Source: a virus. From it: a stretch of 64,000 nt of DNA. The translations under genes and the position numbers were made by a program. Below are positions 44,178 to 52,743 of this stretch, piece after piece (position 1 is the first letter of the stretch; each line of letters opens with the position of its first letter). The stretch spans positions 1 to 64,000 of IMG/VR virus record IMGVR_UViG_3300017681_000001; one strand, given 5' to 3'. The notes beneath the pieces were generated by a model that did no database searches, was not told the origin of the DNA, and saw only the letters and a program-made list of their open reading frames with translations.

Positions 44178-44816
44178 GCCACCCCCACCATCGCCGCCCT
44201 CTACGTCCAGCCGGACGGCTGCTACGCCGATCTCCCCGGCGTCGAGGTCTGGGACCAAGCGCGCGACGCCCGGACCTACGCCGGACCGCATCCGGTCGTA
44301 GCGCATCCGCCCTGCCAGCGGTGGGGACGCTACTGGCACGGCAGCCCGCGCAAGCCGCATCAGCACACGATGGGCAATGACGGCGGATGCTTCGCTGCTG
44401 CGCTCGCCGCTGTCCGGCGCTTTGGGGGCGTGCTGGAGCACCCGGCGCATAGCCATGCCTGGAGCATCTTCGGCCTCGCCTCGCCGCCCCGCGCCGGCGG
44501 GTGGGTTCCTGCCGACAGCGAAGGCGGCTGGACTTGTTGCGTTGACCAGGGGCACTACGATCACATCTCTCGGAAGACGACGTGGCTCTATGCCGTTGGC
44601 TGCGAACTGCCTGCCCTCCGGTGGGGTCGCTCGGCGTGGGCGCCGGACCCGTCCGAAATCGAGCGGATCGGCTTCAGGGCAGCCCAGCGCAACGGGGCGC
44701 TCAGCCGGCCGGGCCTGAAGAACCGCGCTCAGTTGCGCGCCGCCACTCCGCCCGCGTTCCGCGACGTGCTTCTGGCGATGGCCGCCTCCGCCCCCTCCAC
44801 CGCAGAGAGGGGGTAG
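44169..44816 (+). CDS. C5-methyltransferase-like protein lacking an obvious AdoMet motif I
   Basis: VAHPPCQRWG (PCQ, motif IV-like) and VLEHPAHS (ENV-like) lie about 49 aa apart. I saw no FxGxG motif. The start is uncertain (TTG at 44169; the ORF opens inside att). Confidence 0.4.
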   Translation: METATPTIAALYVQPDGCYADLPGVEVWDQARDARTYAGPHPVVAHPPCQRWGRYWHGSPRKPHQHTMGNDGGCFAAALAAVRRFGGVLEHPAHSHAWSIFGLASPPRAGGWVPADSEGGWTCCVDQGHYDHISRKTTWLYAVGCELPALRWGRSAWAPDPSEIERIGFRAAQRNGALSRPGLKNRAQLRAATPPAFRDVLLAMAASAPSTAERG

Positions 44817-44820
44817 GGCC

Positions 44821-45363
44821 ATGGCCTACTGGGACACGCCCGGCCGCTCCGACGAGTGGTACACCCCGCCTCAGGTCTTCGCGGCGCTCGGCTGCCGCTT
44901 CGATCTCGACGTGACCCCGGCCCGCCATGGGTCCGCCCACGTGCCGGCCGACCGGCTGCTGGCCGGCGATGGGCTCACGCAGCCCTGGCACGGCTTCGTC
45001 TGGATGAACCCGCCGTTCGGTGGTCGCAACGGGATCGAGCCTTGGCTGGCCCGGTTCTTCGACCACGGCAACGGAGTGGCGCTCGCCCCGGATCGCACCT
45101 CGGCGCCATGGTTCTGGCTGGCATGGGCGCAGGCCGACCGCATCCTGTTCACGCGCAAGATCAGGTTCCTGCGGCCGGACGGCTCGGAAGGCGTGTCGCC
45201 GTCGAACGGGACTGCCCTGTTCGCGGCCGGCGCCAAGGGCATCGACGCGCTGCGCGAGGCCGCCGACAACGGCTTCGGTATCCTCGCCAAGCCTGAGCGG
45301 TGGACAACTCCGGTTCGGCGCGTCCCCGCCCCCTCCCTCTCCGCAGGAGAGAGCGGACGATGA
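44821..45363 (+). CDS. Phage Dam-type N6-adenine DNA methyltransferase
   Basis: DEWYTPPQVF near the N-terminus and WMNPPFG motif IV. Confidence 0.75.
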   Translation: MAYWDTPGRSDEWYTPPQVFAALGCRFDLDVTPARHGSAHVPADRLLAGDGLTQPWHGFVWMNPPFGGRNGIEPWLARFFDHGNGVALAPDRTSAPWFWLAWAQADRILFTRKIRFLRPDGSEGVSPSNGTALFAAGAKGIDALREAADNGFGILAKPERWTTPVRRVPAPSLSAGESGR

Positions 45364-46148
45364 GCGACCGACCCATCATCTTCAGCGCGCCGATGGTGCG
45401 TGCCCTGCTCGACGGCAGAAAGACCCAGACCCGGCGGGTGCTGAACCCGCAGCCCTACCCGTTCGAGTGCGATGGGCGATCCTACTGGAACGCAAGCGGG
45501 TGCGTTGGCGGCCGTATCAGCACCAGCGACGCCGATTTGCTGAGGCTTCATCGCTGGGCGGTCGGCGACCGGCGGTGGGTCAAAGAGGCATTCAAGATCG
45601 GGATCGATGCCGATGCTGACGACGCTCTCGACCCCTACCTGAGCCCAGACCGCTTCGTTCTCTATGACCCACCTGGGATGCTCGATCAGGACTACATCGT
45701 CCCAGCTGCATACGAGGCCCCGCGCACGGCCGAACGCAAGCGCTACACTCGCGCCAAAGGTACGCCCGAGGCATGGACTGAGCTTGGGACTATCAGCCCC
45801 CGGTTTATGCCGCGCTGGGCCTCGCGCCTGACGCTGTCGGTGACCGAGGTCCGCGTCGAGCGGCTTCAAGACATCAGCGAGGCGGACGCGGTTGCGGAGG
45901 GCATCCGCCTGATGCGTGACGGCGGCGGCATGCTCGTCGGGCGCGAGGGACCGGGCAAATTCGTAACGCCATGGCCGACCGCCCGTGAGGCCTTCACGGA
46001 CATCTGGGAAAGCATCCACGGCGCCAATGCCTGGGACGCCAACCCCTGGGTCGCGGCCATCACCTTCGAGGTCCACCGCGCCAACATCGACGCGCTCCCC
46101 ACCACCCCCGTCGCTCCTAACCTCGCGCAGGGAGGCGAAACGCCGTGA
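45360..46148 (+). CDS. Conserved phage protein (ASCH-like N-terminus)
   Basis: MSDRPIIFSAPMVRALLDGRKTQTRRV is a widespread prophage N-terminal motif. ATGA coupling. Confidence 0.55.
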   Translation: MSDRPIIFSAPMVRALLDGRKTQTRRVLNPQPYPFECDGRSYWNASGCVGGRISTSDADLLRLHRWAVGDRRWVKEAFKIGIDADADDALDPYLSPDRFVLYDPPGMLDQDYIVPAAYEAPRTAERKRYTRAKGTPEAWTELGTISPRFMPRWASRLTLSVTEVRVERLQDISEADAVAEGIRLMRDGGGMLVGREGPGKFVTPWPTAREAFTDIWESIHGANAWDANPWVAAITFEVHRANIDALPTTPVAPNLAQGGETP

Positions 46149-46510
46149 CCGACAAGACCTGTAGCTTCTGCGGCACCGTGCCGAACGCCAGCGATCCGAC
46201 CGTCTGCCGGTCGCGGGATCAAGCCAGTGCGTGCGCATGGGCGGCCGGGCGTTTGAAACCTGACGGCATGTCCGAAGCCGACCGCATGGCGGCGGCTCTC
46301 GACCGGATCACCATGCTCCGGGCATTCCAGGGCGCCCGCCGTCTCGCCAAACGCAATCGGGATCGGAACTGGGTTTTCGCAACGGAGATGTTCGGGCTCG
46401 GAAGCACCTACGCCTGGGGCATGTGCGTCAGGATGGGGATCGACCCGGACGCGTTCTCCGCCGACCCCCTCCCTGCGCCCGCAACCCCGCAGGATGGAGA
46501 AGCGCCGTGA
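46145..46510 (+). CDS. Hypothetical protein
   Basis: GTGA-coupled 121-aa ORF. Confidence 0.45.
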   Translation: MTDKTCSFCGTVPNASDPTVCRSRDQASACAWAAGRLKPDGMSEADRMAAALDRITMLRAFQGARRLAKRNRDRNWVFATEMFGLGSTYAWGMCVRMGIDPDAFSADPLPAPATPQDGEAP

Positions 46511-46758
46511 GCAACCTGTTCCTGATCATCGTGGCCGCTGGCAAGATCGGGGGCGTGGCCGGGCCGCTTCCTTACGATATGGATGAATGCCAGCGACGGC
46601 GCGCGGAGATGGCCGATGCGGTCGTTGAAGCGTGGAAGAAGCCTGAGGTCGTTGCGAAGCTGAAAGCGGACGATCCGGCCATCACGGTCGATGCCTACCG
46701 CTTCGAGTGCCGGCACCTTGCGGAGAAGCCGGCACTCGGCTCGGAGTACGTCCCCTAA
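46507..46758 (+). CDS. Hypothetical protein
   Basis: GTGA-coupled GTG at 46507. 83 aa. Confidence 0.4.
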   Translation: MSNLFLIIVAAGKIGGVAGPLPYDMDECQRRRAEMADAVVEAWKKPEVVAKLKADDPAITVDAYRFECRHLAEKPALGSEYVP

Positions 46759-46801
46759 CCCCCTCCCCTCAATCGGTATTCGGTTTGGGGCGGGGGCGGT
46801 T
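46758..46801. terminator. Imperfect GC-rich hairpin between convergent genes
   Basis: AACCCCCTCCCC ... GGGGCGGGGGCGGTT. Confidence 0.3.
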
Positions 46802-46805
46802 GGGG

Positions 46806-47075
46806 TCAGGGGTCGGCGTCGGGGTTCTCAAGGATGTGCTCGCGGGCGGCCTTGTCCGACACTTCCCAGAGCCGGATGATCGTGCGGAGGTAAGTCGGCA
46901 CGCCGCCCTTCCCCTTGCCGCGCAAGCCTTCCGAGATCGCGTTCTCCCGCTTGCCGGCGAGGCGCGCGAGTTCGGTCTGCGTGAGACCGGCGCGTCGAGC
47001 GCGCTTCTGCCAGGGTTCGTTGTCCACGATTGCGACGGGTAGCCCAGCCGCCGCGGGCGCACAATCCAGACTCAT
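46806..47075 (-). CDS. XRE/Cro-like HTH protein
   Basis: RARRAGLTQTELARLAGKRENAISEGLRG. It is divergent from the DUF4942-MTase gene. Confidence 0.6.
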   Translation of the reverse strand: MSLDCAPAAAGLPVAIVDNEPWQKRARRAGLTQTELARLAGKRENAISEGLRGKGKGGVPTYLRTIIRLWEVSDKAAREHILENPDADP

Positions 47076-47162
47076 GAAAATCGATACTCCGGTGCCGATT
47101 TGCGGTGATCCGCGCTTGCTAGGAATAGCGAAAATCGGTAGTATTGTCCATCAAATCAGGAG

Positions 47163-48596
47163 ATGGGCGTGTCCCAAATCATTCCCCGCGACACCGTCAT
47201 GAGCATCGTGCGCAAGCGCAATGAGCGCCTGGACCTGTACGCCGAGGCTCACGCTTCGATTTCAGCCGCATCGGAGGCGCTTGCCCGCGCTTGGGACGCC
47301 CGGATGAGCCCGTCCGAACACGCCTTTAACTACGCGACGAAGCGCGAAGAGGCCGAGTTCTTGGGCGCTCTCAAAGTGCCGGACCGCGATGGCTACTTGA
47401 CCACAGCCCGCAAGATTACCGACATCGACGTGTGGTCCCGCATCGTGAAGATGACCGAGCTTGAGAAGCTCATGGACAAGACGGCCAAGGATCAGCTGCG
47501 CCAGGAGCTGGCCACCGATCCGCCGGAGGTCACGGAAGAGAACGTCCTGGCGACCGTCGAGAAGTTCGCAGGCGAGGCCGGCATGATCTTCCGACGCGGC
47601 ATCGCCACGATGTTCTCAAAGCTGGATCGGCGCTTCCGGTCTCATGATGGCTGGAAGGTCGGATCGCGCGTGGTGCTGACTCACGTCTTCGACACCTTCG
47701 GTTCGTGGTGCTACCGGGGCAATGAGCGCGACACGATCAGCGACATCGAGCGGGCGTTCTACGTCCTCGACGGCAAGCCCGTGCCGCCGTCCTATGCCGG
47801 CCTCGTTGAGGCGGTCGACGCGGCTCGCAAGGGCAACGGTCTCAGCCCCGTCGCCGCCTCCGTCGAAACCGAGTTCTTCCGCTGCCACACCTTCAAGAAC
47901 GGCAACGCCCATATCTGGTTCAAGCGGGACGACCTGCTGGAGCGGGTGAACAAGCTCCTCGGGGAGTATTACGCCAACCCGATCCCGGAAGAGCGCGAAG
48001 CTGACGAGCGGGACCAGACCTTCGCGGCGAAGACGATGCCGGCGAAGCGCGACGGGTTCTTCCCGACACCGCCGGAGGCCGCGGCCCGCCTCATCGAACA
48101 GGCGAGCCTCTATCGGCGCCAGGATGCTCCCATCCTTCGCGTGCTGGAGCCGAGCGCCGGGACGGGCAACCTCGCATCCTTGGCCGTCGCCAAAGGCGCC
48201 ACAGTAGACTGCATTGAGATCCAGCCGGGCCTTGCCGCGGGGCTGCGCCAGTCGGGGCGTTTCGCCAAGGTGCTCTGCGCCGATTTCCTCGGCATCCAGC
48301 CTGCGCCGACGCCGATCTATGACCGCGTGGTGATGAACCCGCCGTTCGATCGGGAGCGCGATATTGACCACGTCATGCACGCCCTGAAGTTCCTCAAGCC
48401 GGACGGCCGGCTCGTGGCGATCATGTCGGCCGGGACCGAGTTCCGGGAGACCAAGAAGGCCATCGCCTTCCGTGCCCTCATGTCCCGCCTCAAGGCCGAC
48501 TGGCGCGACCTGCCGCCGGGCTCGTTCGCAGCGTCGGGCACCTACTGCAACACCGTCATCCTGACCGTGAACATCAATGGCTGTGAGCCGTACTGA
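47163..48596 (+). CDS. DNA methyltransferase with N-terminal DUF4942-like domain
   Basis: Motif I LEPSAGTGNLA and motif IV VVMNPPFD in the C-terminal half. An alternative GTG at 47169 lies 6 nt after AGGAG. Confidence 0.75.
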   Translation: MGVSQIIPRDTVMSIVRKRNERLDLYAEAHASISAASEALARAWDARMSPSEHAFNYATKREEAEFLGALKVPDRDGYLTTARKITDIDVWSRIVKMTELEKLMDKTAKDQLRQELATDPPEVTEENVLATVEKFAGEAGMIFRRGIATMFSKLDRRFRSHDGWKVGSRVVLTHVFDTFGSWCYRGNERDTISDIERAFYVLDGKPVPPSYAGLVEAVDAARKGNGLSPVAASVETEFFRCHTFKNGNAHIWFKRDDLLERVNKLLGEYYANPIPEEREADERDQTFAAKTMPAKRDGFFPTPPEAAARLIEQASLYRRQDAPILRVLEPSAGTGNLASLAVAKGATVDCIEIQPGLAAGLRQSGRFAKVLCADFLGIQPAPTPIYDRVVMNPPFDRERDIDHVMHALKFLKPDGRLVAIMSAGTEFRETKKAIAFRALMSRLKADWRDLPPGSFAASGTYCNTVILTVNINGCEPY

Positions 48597-48646
48597 CGCC
48601 CCCTCCCCCTAACCCCTTCCTCCGCTCGAACAGGAGACCGGACGCT

Positions 48647-48862
48647 ATGGCTGAGACGACGAGGAAGTGGCGATCAATCGAAACGGCGGCGGGCGGAGTG
48701 GTTGTGGAGACCAAAGCTGACGACGCGGGCGGCGAACGGAACGTCCAGAAGCTTAAGCGCGAGGGGCGGCTTTGGTGGACGCCCGACAATTATATGTGCG
48801 TCTACTACCAGCCGACGCACTGGCGCGAAGCTCCCGATCTCTCGACGGCTGTGGAGGGCTGA
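48647..48862 (+). CDS. Hypothetical protein (DUF551-like, weak call)
   Basis: KWRSIE....LWWTPDNYMCVYYQPTHWREAPD. Confidence 0.4.
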   Translation: MAETTRKWRSIETAAGGVVVETKADDAGGERNVQKLKREGRLWWTPDNYMCVYYQPTHWREAPDLSTAVEG

Positions 48863-48866
48863 GACG

Positions 48867-49208
48867 ATGGGCTACAACACGGTAGCGGTTCTCTACAACG
48901 ACTTCACAGGCGAGTTTAAGCGCGATGGCCGGATCGGCCAACGCATCGCCGACGCCATGCGCGATTACCACGACAAGGACCGGCATCGCCGCAACTTCGG
49001 TGCCGGCGTCGTCATCTCGCAGGATCACGCTGACGGCGAGCAAGTCGTCATCGTCAGCCGCAATTTCGGTTGCCGCGCGGACGAGGCCGAAGTGCTGGGC
49101 CGGATGGCTCTGGATCAAATGCAGTCGTGCCTGGAGCGCCACGGCTACAAAGTGACGAAGCCCAAGCGGAAGAAGCTCGCCGCTCGCTCGACAGAAGAAG
49201 GGGAGTGA
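48867..49208 (+). CDS. Hypothetical protein
   Basis: MGYNTVAVLYNDFTGEFKRDGR..., 113 aa. Confidence 0.45.
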   Translation: MGYNTVAVLYNDFTGEFKRDGRIGQRIADAMRDYHDKDRHRRNFGAGVVISQDHADGEQVVIVSRNFGCRADEAEVLGRMALDQMQSCLERHGYKVTKPKRKKLAARSTEEGE

Positions 49209-49213
49209 GGGGG

Positions 49214-49417
49214 ATGTCCGTACCGACCACAAAGCAACCCGATCCAGAGCCGCCTTTCGAACGGTGCTGCTTCTGCCGCAAGCCGACCATGCACTGGCAC
49301 GCTCCAAAGGATGTGGCGGTGTGCCTTGAGTGCGCCGAGACGCACGAGCCAGCCGAAGTGCCGAGCAAGGCGAACTGGCTCGCGAAGGAAGATGCTCTGA
49401 CGCCGAAATGGCCGTGA
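49214..49417 (+). CDS. Zinc-ribbon protein
   Basis: CCFCRK....CLECAE gives two CxxC pairs. Confidence 0.45.
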   Translation: MSVPTTKQPDPEPPFERCCFCRKPTMHWHAPKDVAVCLECAETHEPAEVPSKANWLAKEDALTPKWP

Positions 49418-49501
49418 CAACACTTCTTCGCCCCTCCCCGGAGCCAGCATGACCACACCCATGCCTGAACGCCCCTGATCCTGCCGCCCCTGCGGAGGCG
49501 A

Positions 49502-49993
49502 ATGGCCGATGCGCAGCAGTTTGCCTATGAGGCGCACAAGGGGCAAGTGGACAAGGCCGGCAGGCCGTACTTTGAGCACCTGACGCGCATCCATTCGCGC
49601 CTGCTGAAGCTCATGGACGGAGTGCCGGAAGAGCATTGGGATGGCCTCCACCGGGGCGGCCTCTTGCAGATCGCCTACCTCCACGACGTGATCGAAGACA
49701 CGCCGTACGACGAGGATGACCTTCGGCGCGAGGGCTTCAGCTCTGATGTCGTGAAGGGCGTGGAGATGCTGTCCTCGCCCGGCACCAGCTACCTCTCTTG
49801 GATTGACTGGTTGGCCGCCCATGCCCCGCTCCCGGTCATCCTCGTCAAGATCGCGGACGTTGAAGACAACTCCGATCCCGAACGCCTCGCGCTTCTGGAT
49901 GAGCCCACACGGGAGCGGCTGAAGAAGAAGTACGGGGCCGCTCTCCCGATCTTGAAGGAAGCCGCCGCGCGAATGGGATGGAGGCAGGGGTGA
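49502..49993 (+). CDS. HD-domain (p)ppGpp-hydrolase-like small alarmone hydrolase (SpoT/Mesh1 class)
   Basis: AHKGQVDKAGRPYFEHL, AYLHDVIEDT, FSSDVVKGVEML and VKIADVEDN match the AH.GQ.rK.G.PY..H / LHDvvEDT / K.aDrl.N motifs. Confidence 0.75.
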   Translation: MADAQQFAYEAHKGQVDKAGRPYFEHLTRIHSRLLKLMDGVPEEHWDGLHRGGLLQIAYLHDVIEDTPYDEDDLRREGFSSDVVKGVEMLSSPGTSYLSWIDWLAAHAPLPVILVKIADVEDNSDPERLALLDEPTRERLKKKYGAALPILKEAAARMGWRQG

Positions 49994-50349
49994 CACCAGT
50001 AATCGTCTCGGCAGGGCTCTTCCTAGTTTTGCAGAGCCTGCACTACGTCAATCCCGTGTTGTCCTTTGGGGTGGCCGGCGGAATGATCATCACTTCGTTA
50101 GCGCTACCGATCGCGGATCGCCCCGTGAAGCCACGCCGCGCCGCCCTCCCGCCATGGATACCCAAAATGGATGAGATCGTGAAGCTGATCAATCTCAAGA
50201 CCGGAGAGGTCATCAACGCCGATAGCTACGAGCTTGCGCGGCGCGGGATGCCGGATGGGTACGAACGCGCGGACGGCGTTTCAGTCGATGGGTGGATCAA
50301 AGCTCTGAGGCGCGCGAAGGGACTTACGGAGACCACCGATGCTGGGTGA
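49990..50349 (+). CDS. Two-TM membrane protein
   Basis: The GTGA-coupled GTG has GGAGG 5 nt upstream. PVIVSAGLFLVLQSL and VLSFGVAGGMIITSLALPI are hydrophobic helices. Confidence 0.5.
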   Translation: MTPVIVSAGLFLVLQSLHYVNPVLSFGVAGGMIITSLALPIADRPVKPRRAALPPWIPKMDEIVKLINLKTGEVINADSYELARRGMPDGYERADGVSVDGWIKALRRAKGLTETTDAG

Positions 50350-50551
50350 TGCGAAGCCGCCAGAGGCCACTCTAGGCGCCATCCACGACAAGGCTCGGAT
50401 CGAATGCCGCCCGGATGAGCGCGCCGCCTACATCGTGAATGCCGACGAGATGTGGGCCGCCGGCATCGACGCCATGCTCGCCCAAACAGGTGGTAAGGAA
50501 TCCTTACGCACTGCGCCTGCCGCTTCGCCCGCAGAGGGGAGAGAGTCATGA
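50339..50551 (+). CDS. Hypothetical protein
   Basis: 70-aa ORF. Confidence 0.4.
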   Translation: MLGDAKPPEATLGAIHDKARIECRPDERAAYIVNADEMWAAGIDAMLAQTGGKESLRTAPAASPAEGRES

Positions 50552-50697
50552 CCCAAGCCGAAGCCGACTGCCTGCGAGGCGTCGTCCGCATCCGAGCGCC
50601 GGGGGGCGGAGAGGTTGTCGTTGATCTGCGTCGGATCGTGGAAAAGGCTCTGCGCCACCCCCGATCCCGTAGCCTGAGCGAAGGAGAGAGACCGTGA
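50548..50697 (+). CDS. Hypothetical 49-aa protein
   Basis: ATGA and GTGA coupling at its two ends. It falls below the ORF-track cutoff. Confidence 0.3.
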   Translation: MTQAEADCLRGVVRIRAPGGGEVVVDLRRIVEKALRHPRSRSLSEGERP

Positions 50698-50912
50698 GCA
50701 AAGCGCCGCTCGTCATGACCGTAAGCAAGGAGATGATTGCCCGGATCGACCGTGAAACGCGCACCTATACGGCGACGATGGAGCTTCGCTTGGCGACGCC
50801 GAGTCGGGCGACGACTAGGCCGCCTCGCCTGCAACAGGCATTCCAGTGGTGCTCGGCCGAAGGCGCCGGGATCGAGTGGCGTGACGTGCCAATCGTCGTC
50901 GTTGACGACTAA
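50694..50912 (+). CDS. Hypothetical protein
   Basis: 72-aa ORF. Confidence 0.4.
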   Translation: MSKAPLVMTVSKEMIARIDRETRTYTATMELRLATPSRATTRPPRLQQAFQWCSAEGAGIEWRDVPIVVVDD

Positions 50913-50920
50913 GGTGCCCC

Positions 50921-51094
50921 ATGACCCCAGCCCAAGCCCTCCTAGCCGAAGCCGTCGACTTCCTCCTGGCCCAAGGCGTCGCCCTGGTGATCACAGAGCA
51001 AGGCTACGAGGTCGACGGCGCGCCGGTTTCCGAGGGTGAGATCGTCGCCAGGGCGTTCGCGCTGGGCATGGCGGGTGCGGAGCGGGTGCAGTGA
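50921..51094 (+). CDS. Hypothetical 57-aa protein
   Basis: MTPAQALLAEAVDFLLAQGVALVITEQGYEVDG.... GTGA-coupled to the next gene. Confidence 0.3.
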   Translation: MTPAQALLAEAVDFLLAQGVALVITEQGYEVDGAPVSEGEIVARAFALGMAGAERVQ

Positions 51095-51315
51095 CCCCTC
51101 GTCGCTTCCCCGCACCCTGGCGGGCCGTCGAACTCGACGCCGCCTTCCGCATCGAGGACGCCACGGGCTACCCCGTCGCCTTCGTGTATTCTGAACGGAA
51201 CGACGAGCGCCGGGCCGCGATGATCGACAAGATGACCTACGACGAAGCCCGGCGGATCGCGGTGAACATGGCGCGGCTGCCGGGATTGCTGGGGGCGAAG
51301 ACGGAGGGGGATTGA
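51091..51315 (+). CDS. Hypothetical protein
   Basis: 74-aa ORF. Confidence 0.4.
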   Translation: MTPRRFPAPWRAVELDAAFRIEDATGYPVAFVYSERNDERRAAMIDKMTYDEARRIAVNMARLPGLLGAKTEGD

Positions 51316-51317
51316 CC

Positions 51318-51683
51318 ATGCGAGTTGTGATCTATGACGCCGAGGACATGGAGCCGATCACGGTCATAAAACTGGATGATCGCTGGGTCCAAATGCTCAA
51401 ACAGGGGCGGGAGGTCACTATGGCCGTGACACCTTTACTGCCGACTTCCTACCTTGAAGAGCCGCTCGATTGGGAGCGCACTTATCAAATTAGCCGGTGC
51501 CGCCTGCGGTTCGAGCGCATCATGAAGGGCGACAAACTCATGATGTGGATCTGCACGACGGTAGATGGGGAGAGCGCGCTTTTGCTCCGGTCCGTGTTCC
51601 TACCGGGCCAACAGAGCGCCGTCGCCGACGAGCGGGAGCGGGCTTTCCGTAAAGGGCTTGGTGCAGCGCTCGGACTGCGCTGA
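51318..51683 (+). CDS. Hypothetical protein, slightly lower GC
   Basis: 121 aa, the last gene of the plus-strand arm. Confidence 0.5.
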   Translation: MRVVIYDAEDMEPITVIKLDDRWVQMLKQGREVTMAVTPLLPTSYLEEPLDWERTYQISRCRLRFERIMKGDKLMMWICTTVDGESALLLRSVFLPGQQSAVADERERAFRKGLGAALGLR

Positions 51684-51691
51684 AACAACAA

Positions 51692-51721
51692 AGCCCGGCT
51701 CGTCGGAGTGACGGCCGGGCT
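51692..51721. terminator. Bidirectional hairpin between convergent operons
   Basis: AGCCCGGC(51692-51699)...GCCGGGCT(51714-51721), with an inner CGTC/GACG extension. Confidence 0.5.
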
Positions 51722-51749
51722 CGGGAGGGGGTCTATATTGTCGAGAGCA

Positions 51750-51848
51750 TCACCTCCGCACCACCCCGCCCACGATAAGCCCCACCAGCACCCCCATGAG
51801 GATGTAGACCGTGCAGAGGTCTTGGGGCTCGGTGGGTGGGCAGGTCAT
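51750..51848 (-). CDS. 32-aa C-terminal-TM peptide at the end of the lysis cassette
   Basis: MTCPPTEPQDLCTVYILMGVLVGLIVGGVVRR. ATGA coupling to the upstream gene. Confidence 0.3.
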   Translation of the reverse strand: MTCPPTEPQDLCTVYILMGVLVGLIVGGVVRR

Positions 51849-52213
51849 GCGTCCCGCCCGTGCGCCCGGTTTTCGATGGCTTGTTCCCGCTCGATATCGC
51901 TCAAGAGCTTCGTCTGCCGGCGGGCCTCTTCGAGCATGCCCCAGACGTATTCGCGGACATGCGCGCCGTCTTCGGCGGACCGGCGGGCGATGTCGCGCAT
52001 CTCCCGCATCAGGTCGAGGGTTTCGCGCGGACCCTGCATGAAGGGCGGGGGTACGTCGGCCAAAGTCGCCGCGGCGGGAGGCGGCAGATGGTCCCGATCC
52101 CCCCTGGCCCGCGTTACCATCCATCCGATGATGAGCATCGTACACCCGCCGACGAAGATCTGAAGCGTCTCTTGGCGAGCGATCGTGTCCTTCAAAAACT
52201 CCAGCCACCCCAT
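51845..52213 (-). CDS. Type-II membrane protein, i-spanin-like
   Basis: N-terminal TM LQIFVGGCTMLIIGWMV followed by a charged helical region. Confidence 0.4.
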   Translation of the reverse strand: MGWLEFLKDTIARQETLQIFVGGCTMLIIGWMVTRARGDRDHLPPPAAATLADVPPPFMQGPRETLDLMREMRDIARRSAEDGAHVREYVWGMLEEARRQTKLLSDIEREQAIENRAHGRDA

Positions 52214-52743
52214 CAGCCAGCGACCTTCTCAAGCTGCGCGATGGCCTGTGCGAGGCGTGTCTTGCGCGCGACGCCGTCGAGGACGGCAATGTAGACGGAG
52301 AGGCATTCGAACCCGGCCAGGGTGCCAAAGACCGGGATGACGAAGCTGGGGGCGTGGGCCACGGTGAAGGCGTCCCAGACCAGGGCCATGGAGAACTGGC
52401 CCATGATGAGGCAGCCCACCCCCGCGCCGAACGCCCGGGCATAGGCGCCCTTCGGTCCCACCCTGGCGTTGTTGATGAAGCCGTTCATGAACAGGGCGCA
52501 GACGCGGATCGCGCCGACCGAGCCGAACACCATCGCCATGTTAGCTTCGCTGAAACCCATCTCGGCGATGGGCCGCAGGGCGGCGCGTTCCATCGTATCG
52601 CCCGGCAGGGCGAGAGTGAAGGCGACCAGCACCATCATGGTCGCCATGCACCATTCGAACAGGCGGTAGGTGCTGTAGGGGCCGGCCGGGTGCATGGGCA
52701 GCAGGGGCCTTCGGGCGACGGAGGGGTCCGAGCGCCAGGGCAT
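52213..52743 (-). CDS. Multi-TM membrane protein (holin/antiholin partner?)
   Basis: ATG at 52743. About 4 hydrophobic helices. Confidence 0.45.
   Translation of the reverse strand: MPWRSDPSVARRPLLPMHPAGPYSTYRLFEWCMATMMVLVAFTLALPGDTMERAALRPIAEMGFSEANMAMVFGSVGAIRVCALFMNGFINNARVGPKGAYARAFGAGVGCLIMGQFSMALVWDAFTVAHAPSFVIPVFGTLAGFECLSVYIAVLDGVARKTRLAQAIAQLEKVAG

Noticed and set aside
46757-48630. Recurrent CCCCTCCCC / TAACCCC motifs after genes (46757-46770, 48600-48625, 49428-49440) as a possible dispersed repeat family
   Set aside because: The motifs are short, degenerate and C-rich, and plausibly arise by chance in high-GC intergenic or terminator regions. I could not establish a consistent longer consensus.
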